Shown: positions 60,272 to 61,956 of the stretch, piece after piece
Numbering within the stretch: the stretch's first letter is position 1
How the letters are laid out: the number at the start of each line of letters is the position of its first letter
NCBI GenBank assembly: GCA_003427395.1
Contig: BFEA01000015.1
Span: 3,203,390-3,265,345, forward strand
Direction: 5' to 3'
DNA: 61,956 nucleotides
Source of the DNA: Chara braunii
Taxonomy: Eukaryota > Plantae > Charophyceae
Notes under the pieces: generated by a model
Told to the model about the DNA's origin: nothing
What the model saw: only the letters and a program-made list of their open reading frames with translations
The model's database searches: none
Translations under genes and position numbers: made by a program

Positions 60272-61153
60272 TATACAAATCTCTCTTTTTTTTTTCTCAA
60301 CAAAATCTGTCTTTTTCCCTGTTAGCTTTAGCAGTCCTATCTAGCAAAGCCGCTTTTTTTAATTTCCCGTGCCAGGATGACACTGTGTACACTGTATGTA
60401 CCCACGTGACCCCCGGTCAGCCATGCTACCTGGTTTATCTTCATTTCATGCCTAGAAGGGTGGGTCTATTTCTGGCTCAGAGGAAGACCGCACTGGTGTT
60501 ATGTTCGTGCTAAAGAATCACGAGCCTGGCCATTATTACGGCTAGGTTCATGCTTTCCAAGCATGGACAGAGTACCAGTGGTGACTGCTCCTTGCTTGCA
60601 ATCTATAGGGCCTTTGAGATTCAAGGTAGGTTTTCTGCACCAATGGCAGCCTGGCAGGCGAGCAAGAATATTCAGGCCAATCTGCAAGTGGTTTACCGAA
60701 AGGACCAGGTGCGCTGCACAGGCGAACATGGGGCCTGGCTGCACTACTCTACACATGCACAAAAGACAAAAAAGATGGCGGTGTATCTTTCCATGTTCTA
60801 GCGGGAGATTCATTCTGATTTTACACATTTGGAGAGTAGTGCAGCGACACCCATGGCAGCAGCAATTGCCTTGGTAAACTGACCGCAAAATATGTCCGGA
60901 CTGCTTTAGGCCATACTCACACGGCAACTTTTCGGGCTGAATTTGACCGTAACTGCGGCCAAGTACATGCATGGGAGTCCCAAGTGTGAGTATACTGCTT
61001 GGACACCACAAGTGCCCGCAGAAAATGAGCATGGCGGTAAAGGTACGGGACACTACCCCCCCACCCACCCCACACCTTCGGTTTGTCGCTCGGCAATGCC
61101 CCCCCCAAAAAAAATTGGTCTTCCACATAATTGCAGGCTTGAGGGCTTTCCTG

Positions 61154-61319
61154 GGGCAAGGTCCCACTAGGAAAGAGGACTGGATTGAATGCATGAATCT
61201 GGACGTTTTTGTGGAGAGCTGCATAAAATCGAGACTCACCTGTTTTTCTGCATCTGTGCGTAAAACACATCCAGATTCATGAGCTTAATTGAATCCTCTT
61301 TGCTACTAGGACCTCGCCC
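61154..61319. mobile_element. Palindromic MITE
   Basis: gggcaaggtccc..aaagagga..atgaatctgga / tccagattcat..tcctcttt..ggacctcgccc. Confidence 0.75.
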
Positions 61320-61708
61320 TTCGAACATCAGGCTGCCTGAGATCTCACTTCCTTTTTCATTCCTTCTTCAAGAAAACAAGGACCAAAAAACAAAACGAAA
61401 CAAAGCCAGAGAAAAAAAAAAGAAAAAAGAAAGAAAGAGGTAAGGAGGTAGGTCGAGCCACGGGGCGGCAACAAGTGCCCAAGAGGATGCAGTCAGGATG
61501 CACAAAAAACGAACACGAAATTCGTACAATGCTAGGTAAATGATTAAGGTTTGAGGAAAAATGATTAAGGTTTGAATAAAAGTACTAAAAAGTTAAAAAC
61601 ACAATTGATGAACCACCATCCGACCCGCACAAGCATGACTGTCTCACCTCGACAACTTGAGAAAGTACCGAAACATCAGAGCGGGAACAGACAAGACACT
61701 TAGTGGCC

Positions 61709-61739
<31 letters not shown>

Positions 61740-61956
61740 GGGAAAGCCTAGCGTGATTGGCCTCCCTTCATCCGTTTTTTTTTTTTCTTTTTTTTTGTCG
61801 TTTTCCCCCTCGCTTTTCTTTTTGGCTTCGGCCATGCTAGAGAGGTCAGTCAGACAAGGGAGACCCACGATTAGTCGGGAAGTTTGAGGAATCTTATATC
61901 TTCTTACCAGGGTACTGGCGATCGGAGCTCGGGTTTGTTGTTTCATTAACTTTTTT

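Overview
Eukaryotic, repeat-dominated nuclear DNA from a green plant lineage. A streptophyte alga such as Chara is my inference, from the plant-type U6 and P5CR sequences, very low gene density and a >10 kb intron. Two host genes are supportable: an intronless pyrroline-5-carboxylate reductase (46769-47593, +) and the first coding exon of a plastid-targeted alpha/beta hydrolase (At1g52510-like, 10595-11107, -), whose intron 1 appears to cover the first 10.5 kb. The rest is mobile DNA: a decayed ~8.7 kb L1/Tx1-like LINE, truncated LINE tails with a shared stem-loop, two related ~2.7 kb solo LTRs with 4-bp TSDs (one split by an 8.4 kb TG..CA insertion), PIF/Harbinger-type MITEs (two with empty-site controls in the window), two tRNA-derived SINE families, two U6-derived copies and a LAGLIDADG fragment. 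The most unusual signals are: (1) a ~2.6 kb tandem array of two-hairpin units inside the nested element, where two sub-families keep the fold but swap stem sequences; (2) a full-length divergent U6-like sequence with a hairpin insertion and no terminator; (3) a clear twin-priming 5' inversion; (4) a 200-bp-period backbone-plus-variable-hairpin array. All alignments were done by eye, so repeat boundaries are approximate.
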